A DNA stretch of 64,000 nucleotides from a virus (IMGVR_UViG_3300050821_006962:27133-91132); one strand, 5' to 3'. Shown: positions 7,031 to 14,569, counted from the first letter of the stretch. Made by a program: numbers and translations. Notes: generated from the letters alone by a model not told the origin.

Positions 7031-7360
7031 ATTGGTGGACTTAATTTCCGGGCGGATTTTATCAGCGCGAGCCGCCGTCCCGCATAGGGCACCTTTAGTG
7101 CCGAGTCCTATTGCCCCAAACCAGCATGCGAGGCCCCGTCAGGGAGCTACCCCGATAGGTTGATGGACTCTGTCGCGACAACATCTCCGTGGTAGGCGTG
7201 CCTTGACGCCTCGTTCCCCTTCGCACTTTCGTGCTCCGGTGTCCGTTCGCTCCCTAGAGAGCCGCGACCTCGCGCGCCCGAAGGCTACAGCCCCGAAGGG
7301 CCTGCGCTGTCCGCGACCCTGCAAGGGTCCGTAGTGGATAACCGAACGGCTCCACAAAAT
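7031..7360 (-). ncRNA. 330-nt GC-rich structured non-coding segment ending ...GUCCACCA
   Basis: No credible ORF; at least 6 perfect hairpins (GGCAC-CTTTA-GTGCC, GACCCT-GCA-AGGGTC, GGCGT-GCCTT-GACGCC, CCCGAAGGG x2, palindrome TGTCGCGACA); sits inside the tRNA operon. Confidence 0.35.
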
Positions 7361-7439
7361 TGGTCGAGAAAGCTGGATTCGAACCAGCGTGCCCTCGCTT
7401 CCGAAGCGAGTGAGATAAGCCAAACTCCTCTATTTCTCG
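7361..7439 (-). tRNA. tRNA-Pro(CGG)
   Basis: Perfect acceptor CGAGAAA/TTTCTCG; anticodon stem CTCGC/GCGAG with loop TTCGGAA; T-arm GCTGG-TTCGAAT-CCAGC. Confidence 0.6.
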
Positions 7440-7449
7440 ACAGTAAAAT

Positions 7450-7537
7450 TGGCTGGGGCAACAGGACTCGAACCTGTAATGAGCGCTAGCTCTGCCTGAT
7501 TAACAGTCAGGTGCTGTACCAATTGAGCCACACCCCA
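7450..7537 (-). tRNA. tRNA-Asn(GUU) with a 17-nt variable arm
   Basis: Anticodon arm CCTGA-CTGTTAA-TCAGG is identical to the E. coli Asn loop; extra hairpin CAGAGCTAGCGCTCATT in the variable region; discriminator G. Confidence 0.5.
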
Positions 7538-7546
7538 GTAGAAAAA

Positions 7547-7621
7547 TGGCGGAGATAACGGGAATCGAACCCGTACTTCATCCGTGACAGGGACGTGTCG
7601 TTACCAACTGACCCTATCTCC
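7547..7621 (-). tRNA. tRNA-Asp(GUC)
   Basis: Perfect acceptor GGAGATA/TATCTCC; anticodon loop CTGTCAC; T-arm ACGGG-TTCGATT-CCCGT. Confidence 0.65.
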
Positions 7622-7630
7622 GCTGAAAAA

Positions 7631-7719
7631 TGGTCGAGATAGAAGGATTCGAACCTCCGGGGCGTTGCCGCACTGGTTTCCAAAACCAGACCGCTACCAA
7701 GCTACGGACCTATACCTCG
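7631..7719 (-). tRNA. tRNA-Pro(UGG) with an expanded D region and a 14-nt variable arm
   Basis: Aligns with E. coli Pro(UGG) (AGCTTGGTAGCG, CTGGT-TTTGGAA-ACCAG, GGAGG-TTCGAAT-CCTTC) but carries insertions. Confidence 0.45.
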
Positions 7720-7833
7720 ACAGAAAATGTATACATCGTAGCAAACGTTTCGAACCGGACGCTTTCGCCACAACGGCAGGCCACGCAATGTAGCCTATGG
7801 TGTTTCACCCTTACGGATGACTTTGACATAGAC

Positions 7834-8031
7834 TCAGCCCACGCTTCTCGCCGAATTAGGCTCGCGAACCTGTAGCGTCTTTTCGGCAATCAGCAAGTAA
7901 ACTTTCGCGCTTTCCTCGACGTCGCCACTTAAGGCTAGGTGGACTATCTGCACGGTACTGACCCGTCGCTGGGCCAAGAAAATTATTGGTTCATTCATAA
8001 GTCGGAAAGCCAGTCGCAGCGGATGCGCCAT
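7834..8031 (-). CDS. hypothetical protein (65 aa)
   Basis: ORF track only; weak RBS. Confidence 0.25.
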   Translation of the reverse strand: MAHPLRLAFRLMNEPIIFLAQRRVSTVQIVHLALSGDVEESAKVYLLIAEKTLQVREPNSARSVG

Positions 8032-8053
8032 ACATTACCGTCCCAGTGCCCCG

Positions 8054-8125
8054 GGAGCTGGTGGGAGTCGAACCCACTCTGCCGCTTTGGTGGACTGTGA
8101 ACCAGCCGACCGCCCCGTGTTCATC
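8054..8125 (-). other. tRNA-like 3' element resembling a tmRNA 3' end (no full cloverleaf)
   Basis: GUGGG-UUCGACU-CCCAC-CAGCUCC, compared with E. coli ssrA GCGGG-UUCAACU-CCCGC-CAGCUCC-ACCA. Only about 40 nt upstream is pairable and no CCA is encoded. Confidence 0.3.
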
Positions 8126-8157
8126 ATGCGGTGATGAGCCGCCCACGGTTTGAACTC

Positions 8158-8349
8158 TTAAACCTTTCTGTGCTCGATTGGCGTGAGGTCTAACGTCGTC
8201 TCCGCGCCGCACTCGCAAACATATCTGTTGCCGGGTCGTCTCCGAACCGGGTCCCCGCATTCGGGGCATGAAATCAGCCGGGGTGGTTGCCCGACTCCGT
8301 TCTTCGCCGGAATCCATATTTCCGTTTCGAACGTTTCCATTGAACCCAT
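8158..8349 (-). CDS. Zn-ribbon protein (CPECG...CECG)
   Basis: ...LISCPECGDPVRRRPGNRYVCECGAETTLD; ATG at 8349 or 8340 lies inside or just after the -10 box of promoter 8348-8376, so it is possibly leaderless. Confidence 0.5.
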   Translation of the reverse strand: MGSMETFETEIWIPAKNGVGQPPRLISCPECGDPVRRRPGNRYVCECGAETTLDLTPIEHRKV

Positions 8350-8376
8350 CCTACCACACTTTCGAAACCTTGTCAA
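8348..8376 (-). promoter_or_regulatory. sigma70-like promoter (TTGACA-17-TAGGAT)
   Basis: Minus strand TTGACA (8371-8376), 17-nt spacer, TAGGAT (8348-8353). Confidence 0.5.
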
Positions 8377-8464
8377 GCTTTATTTTCGGGGCAGCTTTGG
8401 CTCGTGCTAGCTGCCCCTTGGAGGTGCAACTAATGCAAGGTGATGCTACTGCGATTCGAGAACC

Positions 8465-8493
8465 AGTCTAGCACAGTTCTCGAAACTTGTCAA
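8465..8493 (-). promoter_or_regulatory. sigma70-like promoter (TTGACA-17-TAGACT)
   Basis: Same architecture; the flanking sequence TTTCGAgAACtTGTCAAG is repeated from 8348-8376. Confidence 0.45.
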
Positions 8494-8508
8494 GTACTAT
8501 TTTAAACT

Positions 8509-8585
8509 TGGGGTGAAGTACGGGGGTCGAACCCGTGCCGAGGGATTCACAGTCCCCCGTGCTACCTTTACACTAACGACACCAC
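8509..8585 (-). tRNA. tRNA-His(GUG)
   Basis: Anticodon loop CTGTGAA; extra 5' G (G-1) opposite discriminator C73 as expected for His; T-arm ACGGG-TTCGACC-CCCGT. Confidence 0.6.
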
Positions 8586-8680
8586 TGAAAATTTGGCGGT
8601 AATGGTCGCCACCCTCCGAGGCCGGAGATACATCTCCGTTTAAGTAGGGCTAATCGCTACCCTTCCTCGACCGTGGGTGA

Positions 8681-8709
8681 ATCCTACCACACTCGGCGGC
8701 GGATGTCAA
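8681..8709 (-). promoter_or_regulatory. promoter of the tRNA operon (TTGACA-17-TAGGAT)
   Basis: Minus strand TTGACA (8704-8709), 17 nt, TAGGAT (8681-8686); TSS about 8673; the leader contains hairpin CGGAGAUGUAUCUCCG before tRNA-His. Confidence 0.55.
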
Positions 8710-8715
8710 GAACTA

Positions 8716-8985
8716 TTACAGCTTGACGCCAATCTTCGCGATGAGCGCGTCAACCTTCGCTTCCAGCGCCTTCACGAGCGCGCTCTGGTCAAGAGTGGCA
8801 ACGAGTGCCTTCAACTTCACAATCTCGGCGGCAACGGTGCTCTCGATTGTGACAGCCTCAACCTTGGCTGCGGAGAATACCTTCTCGAACTCGGCCTTGA
8901 CATCGGTAACAGCGGCCTTTACTTCGCCTTCAACCTTGACGGCCTCAGCCTTTATGTCTGCTACAATCGTGGCTACTTCGCTCAT
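8716..8985 (-). CDS. alpha-helical repeat protein (Ala/Val/Lys/Glu-rich)
   Basis: Internal ATG (MSEVATIV...) with AAGGAAACG RBS; 89 aa. Confidence 0.5.
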   Translation of the reverse strand: MSEVATIVADIKAEAVKVEGEVKAAVTDVKAEFEKVFSAAKVEAVTIESTVAAEIVKLKALVATLDQSALVKALEAKVDALIAKIGVKL

Positions 8986-9023
8986 TTTCGTTTCCTTTTT
9001 CCAAAATTTTAACCAAGCGAACA

Positions 9024-9377
9024 TTAATTGTTCGGCCCGTGGGTCTTGTGCTTCTCTTCGTGCTCGTTAATCGGATAGCGGTTCAATCCGTTCTGTCGCT
9101 GCGCGCAACGCGCGTGGGTGCCCGTGTCTTCCTTCGCGGTCGTAACCTGCTGGACCGGAGGAGTCGCGCGACCGGGATAGCTCTGCCCGCCGACTTCCTT
9201 CTGCGTTTCCAAAATTCCCTGCTTCGCGCCGAAGCGAGGTTCTTTCTGGCGAGCTACGTCATTCGCCGCCGTGACCTTCGGGTCGCCGTATGTCGGCTTG
9301 TAGTCATCGGGGTCGCCGACCGCACCGTGCTGGAAAGGAACGCTGCTGTCGGGTGACTTCTTCTTTGTCTCTGCCAT
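9024..9377 (-). CDS. hypothetical protein
   Basis: 117-aa ORF, packed. Confidence 0.45.
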   Translation of the reverse strand: MAETKKKSPDSSVPFQHGAVGDPDDYKPTYGDPKVTAANDVARQKEPRFGAKQGILETQKEVGGQSYPGRATPPVQQVTTAKEDTGTHARCAQRQNGLNRYPINEHEEKHKTHGPNN

Positions 9378-9392
9378 GATACCTCTGCTCGA

Positions 9393-9746
9393 TTACTTCA
9401 AACTAATCTTTGCGGCCTTCAATCTCAAATAGTTGCGAACAGCGAAGAAGGTCTCGGTTGCGGCTAAGCTTCCCCAAAATACTTCTGGAGGGCCGAAGCC
9501 CCAGTTGGACATCGCTGCGCCGCCAATCAGGATGGCTACCGCTTGAGCGAAAAATGTGCCCGTCTGACCAATCTTGGAAAAGAACCAGCGGCTAACCGGA
9601 TTGGTTTCAATGAAGCCGTGCTCCAATCCAACCATCGTGGTGTAGCAGTCTCCCATGAAAGCTAGGAGGAATGCAAAAGCAGTTGCTGCAAGAATTCCTG
9701 TCTGACTACCGCTGATGGGTACGAACATTTTTACCTCACAAACCAA
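9393..9746 (-). CDS. membrane protein (3-4 TM helices)
   Basis: Hydrophobic 117-aa ORF. Confidence 0.5.
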   Translation of the reverse strand: MVCEVKMFVPISGSQTGILAATAFAFLLAFMGDCYTTMVGLEHGFIETNPVSRWFFSKIGQTGTFFAQAVAILIGGAAMSNWGFGPPEVFWGSLAATETFFAVRNYLRLKAAKISLK

Positions 9747-10000
9747 AGACCTACTGCCGTCAAAACTCCAGCGAGATACATCCCGAAGTCTAGCGGGCTA
9801 GAGCCTCGAACCAGTGGATTCTCGTGCTTCACATCGTACCAAAATTCTTTCACGGCGGCGAACGCTGTCATGCCGATTGCGGCGAACAGCAGCCAGTGCC
9901 ATCCCGCTCTTCCTATCTGACTGACTAGAAACGCGGCGGTGAAGAAGTGCGCGAACTGCGCGGCGACCTCGTAATCCATGGGCGATATCTGGTCAGCCAT
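9731..10000 (-). CDS. small membrane protein (holin-like topology)
   Basis: 89 aa with 2-3 TM segments. Confidence 0.45.
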   Translation of the reverse strand: MADQISPMDYEVAAQFAHFFTAAFLVSQIGRAGWHWLLFAAIGMTAFAAVKEFWYDVKHENPLVRGSSPLDFGMYLAGVLTAVGLWFVR

Positions 10001-10232
10001 CTATTTCCTTATTGCAGGTTATCGTCGTAATCACAATCGGCGGTGCTGGCTGGCCGCATTGGCGGCAGCGACCACATCCCGGACAAACGTCGGGAGCTGC
10101 TGGATACTGCGGATATTGCGGATACACAGTAGGAGCTGGATATACAGGCCATCCGTTGGGAATTGTGGGAGTCGGGACGTAGTAAAAGTAATTTGGGTCA
10201 ACTCCGATATTTCCGTTAGACCAGTTCTTCAT
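9993..10232 (-). CDS. Pro/Tyr-rich small protein with a CxxCxxCxxC cluster
   Basis: ORF track. Confidence 0.4.
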   Translation of the reverse strand: MKNWSNGNIGVDPNYFYYVPTPTIPNGWPVYPAPTVYPQYPQYPAAPDVCPGCGRCRQCGQPAPPIVITTITCNKEIDG

Positions 10233-10411
10233 TTGCGTCTGTGCTCCACTAATCTTCCGCCCGTCAAGCCTGCGGGGTCTTTGCCTCGCTTAATTGCTCT
10301 CATCGAGCTGCCCTTGAATTCGTAAGTGCGCTGCCCATCCGGGTTGTCGAACGTGACGTGCATCGTGTTGTTGTCGATTTGTTTCTTCTCGATGATGTTT
10401 TTCTTAGACAT
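10229..10411 (-). CDS. hypothetical small protein
   Basis: ORF track, overlaps neighbours by 4-8 nt. Confidence 0.35.
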   Translation of the reverse strand: MSKKNIIEKKQIDNNTMHVTFDNPDGQRTYEFKGSSMRAIKRGKDPAGLTGGRLVEHRRK

Positions 10412-10862
10412 CGTATTTAAAGAAATTTCTCTGGAGTCCTGTCGCCACTGGCAGACCGCGCATGCCTACGTTCTGTTGAGCTGCTGCGTTGCCGTAAGGC
10501 ATCAAGGTCAACTGAGGAAGAAACTCTTCCACTCGTCCAGTCATGCAGTCTGATTCGTTTATAGTCAGCGTGCATGACTCGCCCGGAGCTAGATAATAGG
10601 TCTTGCCTCGGTGGTCAACTTGCACGTCGCGGTTGCCCACGACCTTTAAATACATCTGACGGTTGTAGTCTCTCGGGTTCATCCCGATGCTGACTTGCAC
10701 GCCCATCTCGGTACAATAATTGTTGAACACGCGGTAAACGCGGTTCGCGTAATCCGTCAACTGTGGAATTCCCGGCGAGTGCTCCTGCGTTTGCGGGACG
10801 TACGCCTGCTTCTCTTCGAAGACTTCCGGCTTCGGCTTGCGCTTGAATTTAAGCTCCCACAT
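10404..10862 (-). CDS. hypothetical protein
   Basis: Internal ATG (MWELKF...) chosen because it is coupled to the upstream stop. Confidence 0.4.
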   Translation of the reverse strand: MWELKFKRKPKPEVFEEKQAYVPQTQEHSPGIPQLTDYANRVYRVFNNYCTEMGVQVSIGMNPRDYNRQMYLKVVGNRDVQVDHRGKTYYLAPGESCTLTINESDCMTGRVEEFLPQLTLMPYGNAAAQQNVGMRGLPVATGLQRNFFKYDV

Positions 10863-10863
10863 A

Positions 10864-11190
10864 TTAAAACCTGAAACCAAAACTGCGTGGATTGGAATCA
10901 AAAGTTGACTTGTGAAGTTTAGCCACGCTGAGTCCGGCACGATGTCCTAATTCAGCGGCTGCATTCTCAACTGCTTCGTCCATCGCGCTCGCGAGTGCGA
11001 AGTCAGAAAAGTTTACGTAGTTGGCGTACTCGCTGATGATAGCGTCCTTGCCCATCACATACGTCGTGTACGTCAAAGTCTTTGGTGCCACGCAAAGCGG
11101 TTCCAACGCCTTGAGCATGGTTGGGGCGACCACCGCTGCGGCAGTCCCTACCCCGAGCCATTTGAAAAATTTGCGGCGGTTGAGAATCAT
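10864..11190 (-). CDS. Tat-signal (RRKFFKWLGVGTAAAVV) secreted protein
   Basis: Twin-arginine motif followed by a hydrophobic stretch and AxA-like site. Confidence 0.5.
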   Translation of the reverse strand: MILNRRKFFKWLGVGTAAAVVAPTMLKALEPLCVAPKTLTYTTYVMGKDAIISEYANYVNFSDFALASAMDEAVENAAAELGHRAGLSVAKLHKSTFDSNPRSFGFRF

Positions 11191-11191
11191 C

Positions 11192-12049
11192 TTACGCCTT
11201 CTCTATAGCGTTGACGCAAGATTTCCAATCGCTGACTTTAATAATCAAATTCATTAAAGCGGAAATATCAACCACAAAGCCTGCTTGCTTTACGAACTCC
11301 GGGTTCTCCAACAGTTTCAAAATAAGAGAAAGAGAATCACGCAACGCTTCTTTAGCTGCGGCCTTTTCCAACTGCTCAAGACGGCGCTCCAGCTGTGCGG
11401 TCTCTTCAGTGCGGCGCGCAGTCGAGAGTGCGGCGAGACGAGCCTCGACTTCGTCAAGCTGGCTGTAAACGCCGGAAAGCTTCTTGTTGACCCACTCGTG
11501 GCCGACTGGCAATTCGGGTTTGAAGCCCGGTGCCGCACAAGCGGCGGGACGCATAAACTTCTTGGCGCGCTCCAATAGCTCGTTCTGGAATAATTCCAAA
11601 TTCTCGATGCGACGCAGCAAACGAACGTCCGCAGTCATCAAGCTTTCGACGTCGGTCTTTACAGCGCTGAACCCCTTATCGGTCGAGGCTGCCAATTTCT
11701 GCAACGATACAACGTTTGACTGGTCGCGAACCGTTTGACGCATCTCGCGGTCGTCGTTTTCTTTCTTGACCTGTGCAAGGCTCGCGGCGATTTGCTCGGA
11801 GCGCTGGAAAGCTTGGACACGGAAGTCTTCGACTGACTTGTGTGTATCCGCAAATTCTTTTAGAAGCGCTGCGTTAGCTCCCTTCTGGAAATCCAGCTTC
11901 GCATTCAAATCGGTGTAAGCGACTGCGAAAGTCTCGCGAAGAATGGAAAGTTCGTCCGCGTTCTCACGGGTCTGCTTGCGAACCTTGTGCAGACTCTTCT
12001 GCAAGCTCGATACTAGTCCCGTTAGGGATTTCAAAATTTCGCTGCTCAT
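11192..12049 (-). CDS. coiled-coil protein
   Basis: 285 aa, heptad-rich, Glu/Leu/Lys/Ala. Confidence 0.5.
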   Translation of the reverse strand: MSSEILKSLTGLVSSLQKSLHKVRKQTRENADELSILRETFAVAYTDLNAKLDFQKGANAALLKEFADTHKSVEDFRVQAFQRSEQIAASLAQVKKENDDREMRQTVRDQSNVVSLQKLAASTDKGFSAVKTDVESLMTADVRLLRRIENLELFQNELLERAKKFMRPAACAAPGFKPELPVGHEWVNKKLSGVYSQLDEVEARLAALSTARRTEETAQLERRLEQLEKAAAKEALRDSLSLILKLLENPEFVKQAGFVVDISALMNLIIKVSDWKSCVNAIEKA

Positions 12050-12058
12050 TGGGTACTC

Positions 12059-12760
12059 CTACTTTCCGCTTTTGCGGGATTGGGTCTTTCGAATCTTATA
12101 GCGTTTAGGTGCTGTGCGAGATATTCCCAGTTGGGCCTTTTGGCCCTCGGGTATTGCGATGCTGTCCTGCACAACGACGGTTGCTTGCAATACTTTCTTT
12201 GCGCGCTGACGCACGTAGCGGAACTTCAAGCCGCGCTCGATAATCGTATCTGGTGCCTCAATCGGGTCCGGGTGCGGAAGAACCGCGCCGAGGATTGGGT
12301 CTCCGGGTTTGATGCGCCCATCTTCCAGACCTCGCTGAATATAGGCCCAGAACAGGTCGCTCGATTCTTTGATGCACTGACGATACGCGTCCGTGTAGGT
12401 CGGCACCGGGCCGGGGTCTTTTCTGTTAGCGTACAACTCGGATGACGCCTTCGTGTTCGTGCTCGGCAGGTCGTACAGCTCGTTGAACGCGGCGGTCAGC
12501 TCTTTCTCGTCGGAGCGAATCTTCAAACCGCAGTTGTAAAGGCACTTGATTTCGGTCACGCCTGTCGGGAACGTGAAGATGCTTAGGTTGTAGTCCTTGC
12601 CGGGTCCCGCGAGGGAGCGCGGCGTGCGCCCGCCCTTCAAGTGGGTGCAGGGAAACCGAAGCTTGCTCTGGAAACGCTGGAGCACGCTCGCCAGCGTGTA
12701 CTTGCCGGGGGCGACCCTCTGCAACTGCTCGACTAGGAACTGCTCAACCGTTTGCGTCAT
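12059..12760 (-). CDS. hypothetical protein
   Basis: 233-aa ORF; last gene of the leftward block. Confidence 0.5.
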   Translation of the reverse strand: MTQTVEQFLVEQLQRVAPGKYTLASVLQRFQSKLRFPCTHLKGGRTPRSLAGPGKDYNLSIFTFPTGVTEIKCLYNCGLKIRSDEKELTAAFNELYDLPSTNTKASSELYANRKDPGPVPTYTDAYRQCIKESSDLFWAYIQRGLEDGRIKPGDPILGAVLPHPDPIEAPDTIIERGLKFRYVRQRAKKVLQATVVVQDSIAIPEGQKAQLGISRTAPKRYKIRKTQSRKSGK

Positions 12761-12884
12761 TGGGTCCTTCTTGTTCCGGCCAGCGGACGTTTATGTCCGG
12801 AGCCGGGATTGGATTTCAAACTTCTGGGCTAACTCGGTTTTATTCGGTAAACTCTGTTAGCGTGGGCCAGCCATAGTCTACCCT

Positions 12885-14092
12885 CCTCGGGGATGGGAAA
12901 ACTTTTTCCTCCGATATCGGAGGCACTTTTTGTCACTGTGACACTTTTTGTCTCCGATATCGCTATCGGGGTGTAACGTGACGCCGTAGCCGGATTGGCC
13001 GATTGCCACGAATGCGACCACCGTCCCACAAAGGGGCCTTGGGGCGCTCGCCACCCGGCAGGCTGCCGGGTCCTCGGTTTGGCCCCCGAATTGCTGGGGG
13101 AGCAAACGAATTGCCAAAGACTATCTTGTTGAAAACAAAGCTCTTAACGTTTCGCCCGAGGTTCGCTGCCAGCCTGCGCCGACAGGTCATTGCGCGTTGC
13201 GATTCCTTGCGGGAGGGTCGCGCCGAGCGCTTGCGGTTAATAGGGCATTAATCGCCAAACGCCGAGAAACAGTCTAAGCTGCTGATTCTACGGCATTTAG
13301 CGTTTGGCAAGCGGCTTGCTGGGGGAGCAAATTCGTTGCCAAACTTGAAATTCGTTGAAAATAAAGGACTTGCGCGATAATTTTGCGCTCATCGGAAACG
13401 GCTGGCAAACTACTCATCCCAACCGTCATTAGCTTGTGCGTTGTATCTCATTTGTTTTGTTCATGTTACAGCGAGTGTCGAGGCGTTGAAATTGGGTTGG
13501 CGCGATACGCGCCGTCACCTGACAAGGTCACTGAAGATATGACAAAAGAAGCGCGGTTAGGGTCGTGAGTTGGTTTGCATCTCGTAACTCGTTGATTCTA
13601 TTCAAAGCCAAGCTCGCGCTGCCCACACGTTGGCAAGTGCCCAAATATGGTCAGATTGGCGTCGAGGCCGTCACGCGGATTCTATCATACTATCATAAAA
13701 TATGCGAAAGGGAATTAAGTCGTTTAAATTGATGTGATTACGAGCGAAAAACAGCCGAAAACACGAGAGGTGTATACCCCTAGCGAGCCTTGGACCGATA
13801 TCGCTTCAATTGATACCGATATCGCAGGAAAAGATTTTCCTTATATATGATTTTTCATATAATTGAATTCACTTCATCGTAGAGAGGGAAAAAGTTTTCC
13901 TCCGATATCGCTAGCTGTTGGACCGATATCACTAAGTCGCGTCGTGGGGGGTACACTTTGCGAATTTTGACCTTAAAATGGCATCTAACTCTATCAATAT
14001 AAAGGACTTGATTCCAAAATGTGGATTTTATGATAGTTATGATAGTATGATAGCATTTTCCGCTTGACAGTGTGATATCGGTCTGTTACACT
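12885..14092. repeat. repeat-rich divergent control region (candidate origin or regulatory hub)
   Basis: Seven or more CCGATATCG boxes; 12-bp palindrome TCCGATATCGGA (12909-12920); direct repeats CACTTTTTGTC x2 flanking inverted repeat GTCAC-TG-GTGAC; two copies of a 60-bp repeat CTGGGGGAGCAAA...TTGCCAAA (13091-13150 and 13316-13375); inverted repeat CGCCAAACGC...GCGTTTGGC (13253-13310); TATCATA x2 (13682-13697) inverted relative to TATGATAG x3 (14030-14054). Confidence 0.6.
14065..14092 (+). promoter_or_regulatory. sigma70-like promoter with a GATATC box in the spacer
   Basis: TTGACA 14065-14070, 16-nt spacer gtgtGATATCggtctgt, TACACT 14087-14092; the ATG of the next gene lies 7 nt downstream (leaderless?). 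Confidence 0.5.
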
Positions 14093-14098
14093 GGTTGG

Positions 14099-14569
14099 AT
14101 GACTGAATCAACCATCTTGACAGCATTGGATGTGCGCAGCTGGCTGCGTCCTTGCGTCTACATCGCTCGCCTCGGCGACCGTGTCCAATACATCGGCCAA
14201 TCATCCCAAGGCATCCTGCGACCGCTGGACCCGCAACACCATGTTATATCCTTGCCAACATTCGAGTATGATACTCTGGAGATAATCTGGCTCGAATCAG
14301 AGGAGCAAGCTCTCGCTCTGGAAAGCGAGTTGATATTCAAACACTCTCCACCGTTCAACACTCGCGGCGTTGCGCCTCTGGACACAGCAGGCGACGCGTG
14401 TCGACCGTGTTTGTGGTTTGACCCAAGCAAGCGCGATTATGTTGTTCTCGCACGCCGCACTCCATTCGAAAAGCGAGGCGTGGAGATATTGCGCACCAAG
14501 GATAGAGCAGAGGCAAAGCAAAGGCTTCGCGACACGCTGAAAGCAGAGAATATAAAAGCGCGGTACTAG
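14099..14569 (+). CDS. GIY-YIG domain protein
   Basis: VYIARLGDRVQYIGQS...E...N motif pattern; 157 aa. Confidence 0.55.
   Translation: MTESTILTALDVRSWLRPCVYIARLGDRVQYIGQSSQGILRPLDPQHHVISLPTFEYDTLEIIWLESEEQALALESELIFKHSPPFNTRGVAPLDTAGDACRPCLWFDPSKRDYVVLARRTPFEKRGVEILRTKDRAEAKQRLRDTLKAENIKARY

Noticed and set aside
7031-7360. tmRNA (ssrA) hypothesis for the structured segment
   Set aside because: No tag-peptide reading frame ending in Ala-Ala-stop, no resume-codon context, and no T-arm next to its CCA end. The tmRNA-like T-arm at 6985-7005 belongs to the adjacent permuted tRNA piece. It is kept only as an unclassified ncRNA candidate.
8054-8125. attP or integration module (prophage junction) at the tmRNA-like 3' element
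   Set aside because: No integrase or recombinase-like ORF nearby. The 7834-8031 ORF has no tyrosine or serine recombinase motifs. The element sits in the middle of a co-directional tRNA operon.
8380-8409. Perfect 9-bp hairpin GGGGCAGCT-N12-AGCTGCCCC as a terminator
   Set aside because: It is not followed by a U-tract on either strand. It is kept only as an unexplained structure in the leader between two minus-strand promoters.
13383-13568. Small plus ORFs inside the 1.3-kb control region
   Set aside because: No RBS. They are embedded in repeat arrays and more likely non-coding.
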